A DNA stretch of 64,000 nucleotides from assembly GCF_000150275.1 (NCBI RefSeq), contig NW_002060945.1, positions 2,875,172-2,939,171 of the forward strand. The letters are read 5' to 3'. The position numbers were made by a program, and so were the translations under genes. The notes under the pieces are model-generated. The model made no database searches, had not been told where the DNA came from, and saw only the letters and a list, made by a program, of their open reading frames with translations. Within the stretch, counting starts at the first letter, position 1, and each line of letters starts with the position of its first letter. Positions 11,701 through 24,312 of this stretch are shown in pieces. This stretch comes from Trichoplax adhaerens. Taxonomy: Eukaryota; Animalia; Placozoa.

Positions 11701-14700
11701 TCAATCTTTGGTCATTACATTTAGATATTGCCTATCTCCTACGTATTACTAATTATCACTAATAGTTTTTCACGAATCTTCTTGGTAGCATCATTACAAT
11801 TACAGATGACTATTTTCTTTTCATTACTTTATTGCACTATCAACTCAGGCCTGTTAGTTAAATCACTGGCTGTGATCTATTTATACCAACATAATGCATT
11901 CTCATGAAAAAATAGTAATAAGGAAAGCTTTGTTTTTATTTTATTAAGCTCATTTACATCATTCCAGACATACCTAATCTAAAAATAATTATTCTGTTTA
12001 AATTATCAGCCAAAATGTATAATCCAGTACGGCAACGGGGCGATCTCCAATGGCAGTTCTCACTACTATTTCATAGAAAAAGAAAATTCAATCTTAAATA
12101 CTATTAACAGATAAGCTGACTTCATAAAAATCAAAATTGTATTCCATTCGATAAAGAAAGCATCTATACCATAAAAAAATACCAATTTAAATTTTCTAGA
12201 TATGCTAAAAAGCGTCGCTTGACAGAACTCCCGTGCACTAGCTTAGACTGTAAGAGAAATATGCAAGCATAAGCTGTTAGTAGAAATCCCTCAAATTCTA
12301 TTTTGGCAGTAATCGTATGAAACAGTTATTCTCATTTAAAAGAAGAATAATACTTACCTTCTATCCATCCTGTGGTTATTACTAGCATTTACCATTTCGA
12401 GGTTGCATTTATCACTAATATCAATATAAGTATTCTCCACAGAATATATTTAACTGTTACATCTAATCTAGCAGTAACGATCTGGAAAAATTTTATCCAT
12501 CCATTGGTACAGAGAAAATATCATCCCCGCTTAAAAGATGGTCATAACTATCGACTAATTTTAAAAAGATGTGCGAAAAAATTTAGGTAGCATAATCCCG
12601 GCTTACATTGAGGCATAATATTTTTACTAGAAAGCACGAATATACTGGTTAAGATTATAGCTATTATAGAATATATTAAATTATCGACTGCATAGATCTT
12701 ATATAAGGGTGGGAAAATAAGTTAACTCAGGCCATCTTCGGTCTGAAAATATTACTGTAGTTCATTACAGTATAAGACATGTTCATCTGAAGCAAAAATG
12801 AAGTTCCAGTGTTGCCAATATTCTATCATATCACGTTTTTAGTATGTCATTGCAATAACGCTTGGCATTCAAGGGTTAATAAATGAAGATTAAAAGTTTC
12901 AGTTTTTGCCATTATATATTTTATAGATTTTTGTTACGAACGTAAATATTGATAACTCCCAGCAAGTTAAGGCGATTTAGTAACTAAAAATTTGAATAAG
13001 GTCATTCACTTAATATTGGACATTTTACATTAATCAGGTATAAAAAATATTCTATACCATGTCATGTAGTATTATAAAGGCCAATGAGCACCTTTAAAAT
13101 ATAAACGCTATATTTCTATGATGGTATTTAGTGAATCTCAATTTACATTTAATTAAACAGCGCTCCAATTGACACATTTAAAGATAATTAGACCATATAA
13201 TAGCTGCGAGATTCAGGCAGATTTGGGCCGTGGCACAGTCGAGTCCAGTCCAGTCTCGCCTGTCTCGGTCATCGATTTTATGAATTAAAATTACTCCAAC
13301 GAATTTAGATAATAAAATACAATCCACGGGTTTTATTGTTTCTTTTATATTTATACTACCTCCAGTTTCAGTAGGTAAACAATAATATGCCACTTATTAT
13401 TGTAGTAGAGTAATTGATGATGAAAATATTAATTTATAGATACGTATAAAGAATCTATCAAGCCGCAGCGGTTACAAAAATGAAAATTATTTAATTAAGT
13501 GCAACTTAAAATTTCATTACGGATTACCTCGCAAATTAATGTCAGCCGTGGGATGAATTTGATTACACATTCAGATGAATACTACCACTCAGTATGTCTC
13601 GATACTTATTATTGATAAACAAGGTCATCCATAGAACTAATGTCGCTAAGTAAATGTTAGGAAACATCGTTCATTCAATTTAAATACAACTTACAACACA
13701 TTTGGATTATATTACAGTATTGATGAATCAGCCTTTCGTCACTATAAGATCCTTATTCCCAAATATATTAATAGTATGATACACTAGGTTACGATTTGGC
13801 TACAATTCTAATTCACTGAATGATTTTTATAATTATCAGACAAACAGGAAATTACTCGAGGAAATAATTATTCATTAAAAATAGCTAGTCTAGTACCCGT
13901 TCAAATGAGCAGGAACGTATGCTACACAAAACATTACTATGAAACAAAATTCATAGCTAGGTTATCATACTATGCATGAATCCCTTCTTCTTAGTGTGCC
14001 TAGACAGCTACTACTTACAATGATGCATCAAGTCGTTACTGGTATCGGGATTTCAATTTTCAGTCAAATACTACTAACGAACAGCTTTATAATATTTTTA
14101 CTCTATATCCTTGAAAAAATGAGCTGGTTCTAATACATTTTACAGTGTTGCGTTGAAACACTACACAATAAAATTAGGTTTATTATAATAGAATACCTTA
14201 ATACGATTATTTTACTACAAATAGAATCAATATAATAGCAATATTGATTCACAAACTCCATCACGGAAACGAAATCCTACAAAACATCTACAATTACCAC
14301 CTTAATTTAAACAGCTTCTAACCCTTCCAATTTTTGTCAGGCTTGTTCAGTAAACAATTGCCGATATCACAGTATATTCTTTGTATCGCAAAATATAAAT
14401 CCTATAATATAGAAAATCGTTACATACTTAATAGAAGTTTTAGAATAGGACATGTATGCAGTCAGAATGTCTAGATGTAATTGGTGATGCAGATTATTAA
14501 TGTAAAGCGTAGAAGAAGCTATTATTAGTTAATGCTTGATATTATGGATATATTACATGTTTTACGCTATGACTCCAAATTATGGATTTGCATAATTGTA
14601 TCCTTCATGAAATTAAGAGACGAGTAGTTCCGGAATTGAACTTTGGGCTTCGTCTCCGAGTATATTATACAGTACAGTACAAGGGATATTGTCTTACTAT

Positions 14701-15789
14701 TACAAAATCTGTCTTGCTTTGATGCGAGTTTATGACCATAAAGGCGCCGAAAAAGACACAACGGAATAGAATTTGGATAATCTAAAGAATTTTTATTATT
14801 TAAATGTTTTATTTTTATAATTATCTAGAGGATATTTAGCTGTTTTAAAATCAATAAATGAAAAGTCCATACAAGTATCTTTCTGTTTTAAAGACAGGAC
14901 TGAAGTGACCTTGTAAGTGAAAAGGGATCAATCAAGAAAACTTCCCACACAGATGAATAAACGTATTGCATATAGATTGTTACATGCGTATTATTGTATT
15001 AAAGGAAGTTGGCTTAAACCTTACTACGAAGGAATATGTTTACTACATTGCAAGCAATAAATAAGTACAAACGTCGGTAATGAAACTAAGTAAAATAAAT
15101 TTTTAACACTTTAATGAACATTTAATTGCCGTTAAAATTTACTACAAAATTAGTAGTTAAAGGAGTAGAACTGAAGAATTTCATTTCATCAAGAGTGGCA
15201 AGAATTAAAAAATAGATATGATCTTAATGGAACAAATACTTAGTTCGTTAGCATAGCTAATATACTATGCAAAGGCAGATACGTCGTTACATTAATTAAA
15301 GAAAATTAAGTCAGTAAATTAACATTTTATGAGACAATTTGTAATTTTAGTGCATAATGAAGTTATCAGTACGAATAGAGTATTGTTCTTATAGGCATGT
15401 TACTCAATATTTCATCAAGCTCATATTTTTACTCTAATAAAACTAGAATAAATAGAATTTCAAGTCACTGTAAGTGAAGATTTATGTGTAGCATTTGCAA
15501 CCACTACTTTTCTACTTAGTTTATAAAATAGGATAAAACTGAATTACAAAAAGTAAATAATTTTTAAAGTTTTCCTTACCGCCCTCTCATTGTATATAAG
15601 ATACGGTAGATAGCAAACCTACGTATGTTTAAAGTACGAATATTTTTTCTCGTATCTATAAAGATATACCATATTTTTAAGAATTGTAGCAAGAGTAGTC
15701 GCTTACAATGGTCAAAGTTAAATTAATACATCTAGAATGCAGAGTTATATTTGCCGTCAAGACAGATTTTAATCGAATGATTTAGAATA

Positions 15790-16374
15790 TTATTGACTAG
15801 ATGTATTATGGCCTTCCTTTAATATGTCCTCTAAATGTTTAATATAACGGATAGCGGCACGTAGTGTTTCTACCTTTGATAATCGTTTTTGGTTGAATTT
15901 TCGTGGTAAATGATCTCTTAGTTTGGCATAGCCTTCATTGACGTGACGAACACGAATTCGTTCCCGTTCATTTCTTTTATGAATAAACGAGGGTTCTGAA
16001 TTAAAGTCTAGGCAAGGCGGAAAAGGGATAACATTCATCGACCGACTAGTAGATAATGAAGAATGGTGTTCGATATCTTGCTGATGAATTGTAGATGTCA
16101 CTTGACTTGAACTAAAATTTATAGAATTAGCACTAGCACTAGCTGTTACAGTTATTGCTTGCGTGGGGGTATGATTATTTGTCGATTGATGAGAATGAGA
16201 ATGTTGTTGAGAATAATTTGCTGTTGTTGCTTGAATTGGCAGGGATACCTTAGTCGTGTTATAATCGTTTCCATTAGGACTAGAACTTCTATTAGCACTA
16301 TAATCACTAGTATGTTGCTGAAGGGAAGGCTGATGACGATCGAAGCTCATTGCGAAAGAAGAAGTAATAGCCAT
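15790..16374 (-). CDS. ASCb: Achaete-scute family bHLH transcription factor, ASCb (ASCL3/4/5-like), 194 aa
   Basis: EPSFIHKRNERERIRVRHVNEGYAKLRDHLP...KRLSKVETLRAAIRYIKHL carries the ASCb-diagnostic EPxFIxKRNERER, VNEGY, HLP and KRLSKVETLRAAI motifs; Ser/Thr/Gln/His-rich N-terminus. Confidence 0.95.
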   Translation of the reverse strand: MAITSSFAMSFDRHQPSLQQHTSDYSANRSSSPNGNDYNTTKVSLPIQATTANYSQQHSHSHQSTNNHTPTQAITVTASASANSINFSSSQVTSTIHQQDIEHHSSLSTSRSMNVIPFPPCLDFNSEPSFIHKRNERERIRVRHVNEGYAKLRDHLPRKFNQKRLSKVETLRAAIRYIKHLEDILKEGHNTSSQ

Positions 16375-19300
16375 TCGATAGTATTGAAATGATTATGAAT
16401 AGAAAAATTCTGGATTAGGGATAATAAATAGCGATTCGAAGACGAGATTCACCTAAAAAGTCGAAATAGGTAATAACGCAATTGATTAACTATACGCTAA
16501 ATACTAAATTCTAAACTATACATCACGTTCACTTTCTAGAATTTTAAGTATCTATAAACAGAGAAGAATGCTCGTTTATTGTATGCTTCCGTAATATAAT
16601 GGTAACATTTAACCAAAATAATCAATAGTAAGTTTTAAAATAATATCGCACTATCTAAAGCATGTCATTTTGAGCTTATTTTTAGAATACTAAATTAAAT
16701 ATATGCTTAATATTGACCTAAAAGTATTTAAAATTAATAAATTTTTGAATATTTGGTGCCACTTTTCCACATAGAATAATGAATAATTACTGCAATTACA
16801 TTGGAGAGTAGAGTGTGTGCTGAGTCAAGTACGACGTATGAATGCGGATTTTTACGTCTATGTTACAGCAGTAACATTCTACTGGTGAACACTAATTTAC
16901 CCATTTCTTTTTCTCTAATAACATAGAAAATATTTCGGTCTCAACTCTCTTGAAATAACAAATTACTAGATAAGCTGATTATCTCTTTATGAATTCATTT
17001 TATATCAGGTATCAGATATACCACAAATTAAATGTAAACTTTTTGAGTTATCAATCGCATTCATCGCCATAAGAGGAACCAAGAAATATTACGGAATACC
17101 ATAATTTATTTTCAATACAGATTACTTATAAGTAGGGCGAATATTAACACTCGAGTAACGATATTCTTTTCTGGCAACATTAAGTAGGGTAATATTCTTG
17201 ATCGATACTGAAAGATATCTTACTAAGCCTGACATATAACTCTAAGCTTAAAATCGTTTCATTGTCAAAAAGCAGCAAGTTAATTAGTTATTGAATCACC
17301 GAATCACCCATGGAGAAAATGACGAGAAAAATTAGATCGATAAGACGCCTTATCTTTTCATGAGTCAAACTTTATATTATTATATTAAATGGCAACTAAA
17401 ATATCAAATTATTTCAGCCCTATAACTTCAATTACAGAATTATGGTATAAAATTTTGAAGTTTTTGATAACAAAATTTAAAATATTTGCGAAATTCAAGA
17501 TAAAATAACAAAGTAAATTTAATATAAATTATCATTGATTATAATATTGTCGAGAATAAGGTCTTAATGCATTAAAAATTTAGATCTGTAATCTTACAAG
17601 GATTCATATTGGGTTATATGATAACTAGGCTATTTGCATGATATATTTAAAATTCTAACCGAGGATGAATTTATCACGTAATAAAGGTAATACATGTAGA
17701 ACTGAAATAAAATTTTTCTTTTATAGTATTGTACCCTGACTATAATTGCTGATAAATATTGTCGATTTTGACTAGTCTTATTAAACTTTTCAACATGTGT
17801 GACTTACTTGATAGAGGTAGCTTTCCAAATAGGTGATAGAAAGCCAAGCTAACTAATTGATAGCGATGAATCGATCAATGGAGATCCAAGAAATAAAAAT
17901 TTTTGATTGCAGTTCACGTTGTCACCGGTATTTGAATCCTGGATGTAATATGTCTTTTTTAGCATAAAAGAATTAATCGGCTACGCTAATCAATTTTAAA
18001 CAATTTACTAAGATACCGTGTCTGATAGATTACCAGTCAATATTGAATAGCTGGCACGATAATTGTTTGACTACTGATTTAACGAATGCTTCTATTTTCA
18101 ACCTGTATTTATATCCTGCCACCCGCCATACAAACCATCTCGAGTAATGATTTGGTATACTCCTAGTGCGATAGCAACGCAAAACTATTATGGAACTGAC
18201 CTACTTACCGAAGTTGAAAGGACTTGTATTAATTTAGGGTGGGGATTATGGAAGATGAAGGAATAAAATATCGTATGGTAGACGTCACTTTTGAAGCCAA
18301 TAATATCGCACATCTTAAATCAATAATTAGAACAGAATGTCCATTAAATAAAATAAAAGAAAAGTTAAAACGTCTTCAATGATTTATGAATTAAAATGAT
18401 CTATTCTACTCATTCTATTATTCAAGACAGCAATTCTACTCTATTGATCAGCAATACACAGGTGTATCTAGATCATTTTTTAAAATTATATACTACCAAC
18501 CTTCCGTTGAAACAATACCAAGTTGAAAAATCTGATATTAAAAACCATGGATGATAATGATTTTATATTAATATGTTTTACAATCTTAGCTAGAGTTAAT
18601 CTTGAAAATATGGATAATATTGACAATTTTATTTCAAAGTTTTTTCATTATCTACTTAGAAAATGAGTTGATATCCCAGCTTAATGTACTATAAATTGGA
18701 TGAAATAAGCATTCTCATTTATTTAATATTAAAATAAATTGCAATTTACGTTTAGAATTACAGAATAGAATAATGATTCAAAGTCATCTACAAGCAAATA
18801 ATTCAAAATCATTATTTTTATTCTCCTCTTCCCTACAGTGCTATAGCTTTTATTGATTTAAGCCGGTTGTATTTCTAAAATGAATGATGGACAGATAGAT
18901 AAAATACAACGAATTAAGACAATTATCTTCCTTAAGCGGATATTACTAAGCTCAGCCAACTCATTGTGTTCAGATGTATTAATAAAAATGAAATGGCCCG
19001 TACGGTAGAGGATGTAGAAAGTAATCAAGAACAGGTCAAATCTGTTACATCCGATGAATTGGATATTAGCATAATAATAGCAAGATAGTTTTATAAAAGT
19101 AACAGTAGCTCTTGCAGCTTTCATCGACAGCTCTATTCTCATATTTAGTACTGTTAAAAGATATAGATGTCAATTTCATCACGTCTTACAGGTATAGCCA
19201 CAATACTTGGTGCCGATATCTTTTAAGAATGTAAATACAGACTATATATGGCGTCTAATCAGATATCCCATAGATACCCACATTAAACAAACGTAAACTT

Positions 19301-22300
19301 AATTTACTGTTATTTATGAATTAATTCAGATAATCATTAAATAATGATTAAATAGTATTTAAAAATACTTTTTTATCTATCCTGTAACTCATATCTTATA
19401 AGCGCGCTTTTTGTTATCCACACACATCAACTACCGTCTATCTACCGTATAATGATGGCTTATTATCTTAGCACAACGCATTATCAATCGTAAAATATTT
19501 ATCTGGCATCGTCAATAGAATTCTGTATCTGAATTTTGGACATATTTCGACTAATTATGAATCTATCTTGTATTTTGTGGAGTGTAGTATTTTCTTTATC
19601 TTGTAAGATTGATGTACAGTAGTTTACCGTCGTGTTGCAGACGTATCCAACTGTGTGTAGACATAATTAGATGGACTTTGAAATGTAAACTCAATGTTGA
19701 ATTAAACTTGGATCCAGTTACCATTTCATTGTAACAGAAATTGATTAAAGAAAAAAAATTTAGTCTAATTATGCATTGATTACACGTCGACGGTTCGTTT
19801 ACTAAATAAACATTAAAAAAACGTTCAATACTAGCCAAATGGATTTTATTGTTATCACGGGTGTCCAAATTAGATAACAATAGTTCAAGTAACGGCATGA
19901 CGAAATGATATCTAATAATGACATTGATAGTTCTTAATCTACTTTCACCTTGACTTACATCGTTAAAAGTTGTTCATAAATCAATAAGAGCATCGACGAA
20001 AATTATTCATCTACTCCTTTGCATTTGCTAAGAACCCTGACTAATTTACTGACAATTACTAGAATCTTACAACTAATAAGCTTACATATTGAAACGTACT
20101 CATTATTAACAGATGTGACTTATTATCGACGATAATAATTTATTTCTAAGCTTTGAAAAGGAGCTAGACGAATCTGGTATATCCTACTCTTGGGACACAT
20201 TCAATCGCAAGATTATCTGCACCTTATACAACTAGTTTAAATTTTCAGCTAATTATTTTAAGTTAATTACGTAGGAAACGAAATGACTTAAAATAATATG
20301 CCCAATCACTCAAGAAACGGCATGCTTTAATAAACAAGTGCCAGTAAACTAATTTCTATTCATGGACTCTGTACTATATAAAGTCGATATCCAGGTCCTG
20401 TCCAAAGTTAAACAGATATTATAATTTAATAACTTATAATCTACTTTGTTAGCGCACCATTACGATTTATCAGCACTAATCCTAAAAGATACTTTTATCG
20501 ATAGAAAATTCTTTTGTCATCGAGTGCACCTTGTCCTGTTTTAATTTTAATATTCCTTTTGATCCTCGTAAATTTCTAATTCTATTCGCGAAAATGCCAA
20601 TTGAAGTAGAAAAGAATTAAATTTTAGCTTGATTAATATACAATAAAATAAGAAATTGAAGATGAATGTACCATGATCAAATTTACTTACAATTGACGTC
20701 AATAAATAATTCAATATTTGATGTACGAACTTTGCCATTTTTATCGCCATTGAATAACTATAATGACGATTTTGTTGACACAGCTTACACATCTTGCTAA
20801 AGTATAATAGTATCCACCTTTAATAAGTTAAATTAAATTTTTCTATTGTCTTGAATACATTGGCGTGGACAAGAAGTTTACTTTAGTTAAAACTGATGAT
20901 CAGGCAGACGGAACTTATATATCGCAACGTAGAAAATTAACTTCGTAGTGAATTACATTAGATAGCTTGTATATTTTAAAAACTATATTAGTGACACACA
21001 ACAGCCAAAAAATCTATATTGTAGAGAATTATGTTCGATTATTCTTACGTTGATGCTAGTAGGAACGTTACTATTCGATAAATGTGGTATGCAAGTTATA
21101 ATTTTGAAGCATCATAATATCCTCGACTAGCAATTCCTTTAAATTATATTATTACAGGTAGCCACAAGGCACAGTTTAGTGGTATACGTTAACCTGATAA
21201 ACTGTACCGGTAATAATATAACTACGTATTTTTTTCATAAAACATCGGCATGTCACATTTGAACAAGCCACAATAGTGCCCGTTTACGCGCACTTATCTA
21301 CAAGAAATAATTGAAAATTAATCATAACATCTATATAGTTTAACCTATATGCGAGGCATTCAGATTAAAAACTATCACCGGATTAAAAACTTCTATTTAA
21401 TCTTTATGCTACAGAATGGATACAGTAAGTCCAATATTTGATTGTTTTGAGAAATCTTTTTTCATTTCTACCAAGAGATATTTGGGAACTGAATTTTTTG
21501 CATCCGCTTATTCGTATATGATTTCCTTCAAATGATTGAATGATACTGAAGGCAATCAGTAACTGAGAAGTAACAATGAAAACTTATCAGACGACTACAG
21601 ATAAAAGTAATTTAATTAACCTATTAATGTCTCCTCGCCCATAAGTTCCTTTTATAATTAACATGATGGTAATCATGGTAAGTTAAATCAACGACGCAAT
21701 CTGTGTCCATACATATACAAATTATTCAGGTTGACTTATTTGAAAAAAGTCTATTCTACATTGTCATGTAAATTACCTGATACAAATCGATCCTCGTCTA
21801 CTTTGATAGTCAGCGTTACTACAGTTGATTTTAAAAATTTTATCCTTGGTGATGTATTAATTGTCTATTTTAACTACTAATAACATTGATTTAGTATACT
21901 TTGACTAACGACAATTATGCATACTGATGATCGTGGCCATACTTGAATTAAGATAAATGTATTCCAATAATGATTACTTAATCTTGTAGAGCCATGTTGA
22001 ACTTTAAGACTGATATCAATATCGAATTGAACACATTTAAATTAAAATAATTTCGAGTATATCGCATGTATTACATCATGTCATCGCAGAATCGGTTTCA
22101 GTGGTAATTTCTACATCTGGAATGCGGAATCTCATCGTTTGACGTCAATTTTTGAGCAAATAGAACATTTGTAGTCATACAAGATACTCCTTCTAAAATT
22201 ATGGTAATTTTTGTAACAGAATTACTTAGAGTGCGGTATATTAAACCTAAATCTTTTATAATCTCATGTACAACATATACATTGCAACTTAAATTATACT

Positions 22301-24169
22301 AGCATAATCTAATCTATTATTCAGTAATTCCTGTGTCAACTAATATTAAATGCCGCTACTTAATCTAATCATGCATGTTTCAGAGTGCGTTCATTATTTT
22401 ATCAATAAAATTACCTAAGCGACCTTTAAGAGAATTTATTTGCAAAAAGAATGGCCGTGATCATCGCATTGCTATTATTAGCTCAGTCTCACTGCAATAA
22501 TTATCTTAATCTTATTATGGTAATACCAAATACGAAAGTAGAACTACATGTCTAATTTTATGTGAAACTAGCATTTATAGTCAAGTACTTAGATATTCAT
22601 CTGTGCAATCCGATTATTGGTGATCTCACATTAAACAATACTTAAAAATTCGTGGTTTAAATAGATAAACGGCACAATTTGATCATGATAGCTTTAATTC
22701 ACTCAGAATGTCCAGTTGTATCAGTTTAGTTACAAGGGACTCCATCGAATTTCCTCCATTCATGATCGAATATTCGTATACTGTAGATCAATCAGCAAAG
22801 GAAAACTAATACATTATCAGGATTTCCAATAATATCTTTTTAAACATTTGCTTGCGTTAAAGACAGAAACAAATTACTCGGAATTCACCGTCATTGACAA
22901 TGCCTATAGAGAATATAGTCAGCTTTAAAATCTATAGACGATGCTATAATTTTGATATTTCTGCTTTATTTAAATCCATGCTCCAGTAATACTACATATT
23001 ATTGTTAATACATTTATGAAAGAAACACTATCGCCGTTTCATTCAAACCATTTGCAGAAGCACTGTCGGTATATAAAGAGGAATTCAATTCTAAAACTTC
23101 AAGTATAAATTGTCCGTAATGCTACAGAATTACTTACGCAAACAAAAGAATTAGTTTTCCTAAGATAAATATCGGAGGTCATTGTCATACGCCTTCCTTC
23201 GTTATAATAAGCTTTAAAATTTTGGAGTTCCCCTTATTTCCAATCTGGACAACAATACTGTTAGCTTGCTAATTAATTTCTATTTAAAATCCTAATTTGA
23301 GGCTGTGCAAGTGTAGAATCCGATTACTAGCAATAAGCCTCAAGAGTAGAATAGTACAACAGCTATTCCTACCCGAGGTATGATAATTGAGGAACCAATA
23401 TCGATCAAGAGTACTGCTATTAAATGGATATTACATCGTGCTATTTATAACTTTGTATCATTCCTGTTATGATTTGAATTTATTCTTTCTATTAACACTA
23501 AATAATTGTATCGTTTCATCAATACTGTTAAATAGTTAGAGTTTAAATAGAAGAATTTAATTTAATGTGTAACCAGAATATTACTCAATCACTTTGCATA
23601 CGTATAAGAAATGAATTACTATCGTCGTAAATCTTTAACATTATTGTACTATTATCAGAAGCATCGTATATTATTCTAATTTCACAAATTACTTAGATGT
23701 CATCGTTTACACACGATACCTTTCATCATAATTTTCACTTTCAATTTATAAATAGAGATCAGATAATTTTGTAAATACCTATGTGCCTGCTGCTAGATCA
23801 CAAAATAAATTTGAATGGTTCATCTTCTTTCTATACAAAATGTAAAGAATCAATAAATGATCTTAAAAATATCAATCCTCAAACTTAATCTATCAACTTA
23901 AAATATTATATATTAATTTAGATTACATTATTATCAAGGCATGTTGCATTTCAAATCCGATAATCAAAATTTATTTTAGAACAAAGAAATTGACTTTAAC
24001 CTTAGCGTAAACTCTAATAAGTAAAAGCATGGATATTACAGTAACTAAAGTCAGTAATCGTTAAATTATTACTTCATACAGTGCAGGCATATCGACTATT
24101 CGTTTGCCCATTCTAGCTCCATTTTATTCATTTAGGGCCTTTGGGCTAAACCTAAGCCACCAGCCTCTT

Positions 24170-24312
24170 TCGTCCGTCCTAAATCTGTCCGTACTGCCCG
24201 TTAGCAGAGATTGACGTCATCAGCCGAATGCGACGTCATTAATGGCGTCATAGAAAAATCAGGATTGCATCTACGACTGCGCAGTAAGCAAAACAGGTGT
24301 GCTGATTCCCAC
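24170..24312. promoter_or_regulatory. CpG-enriched island with clustered CRE/ATF sites; candidate promoter or enhancer
   Basis: TGACGTCA 24212-24219, CGACGTCA 24231-24238, TGGCGTCA 24243-24250, palindrome ACTGCGCAGT 24276-24285 and E-box CAGGTG 24294-24299, in a locally GC-richer patch. Confidence 0.55.

Noticed and set aside
13236-13272. AGTCC short repeat and ORF 13178-13393
   Set aside because: Simple repeat; the ORF has no coding hallmarks.
16159-16392. + strand ORF inside ASCb
   Set aside because: Antisense shadow of the real CDS.
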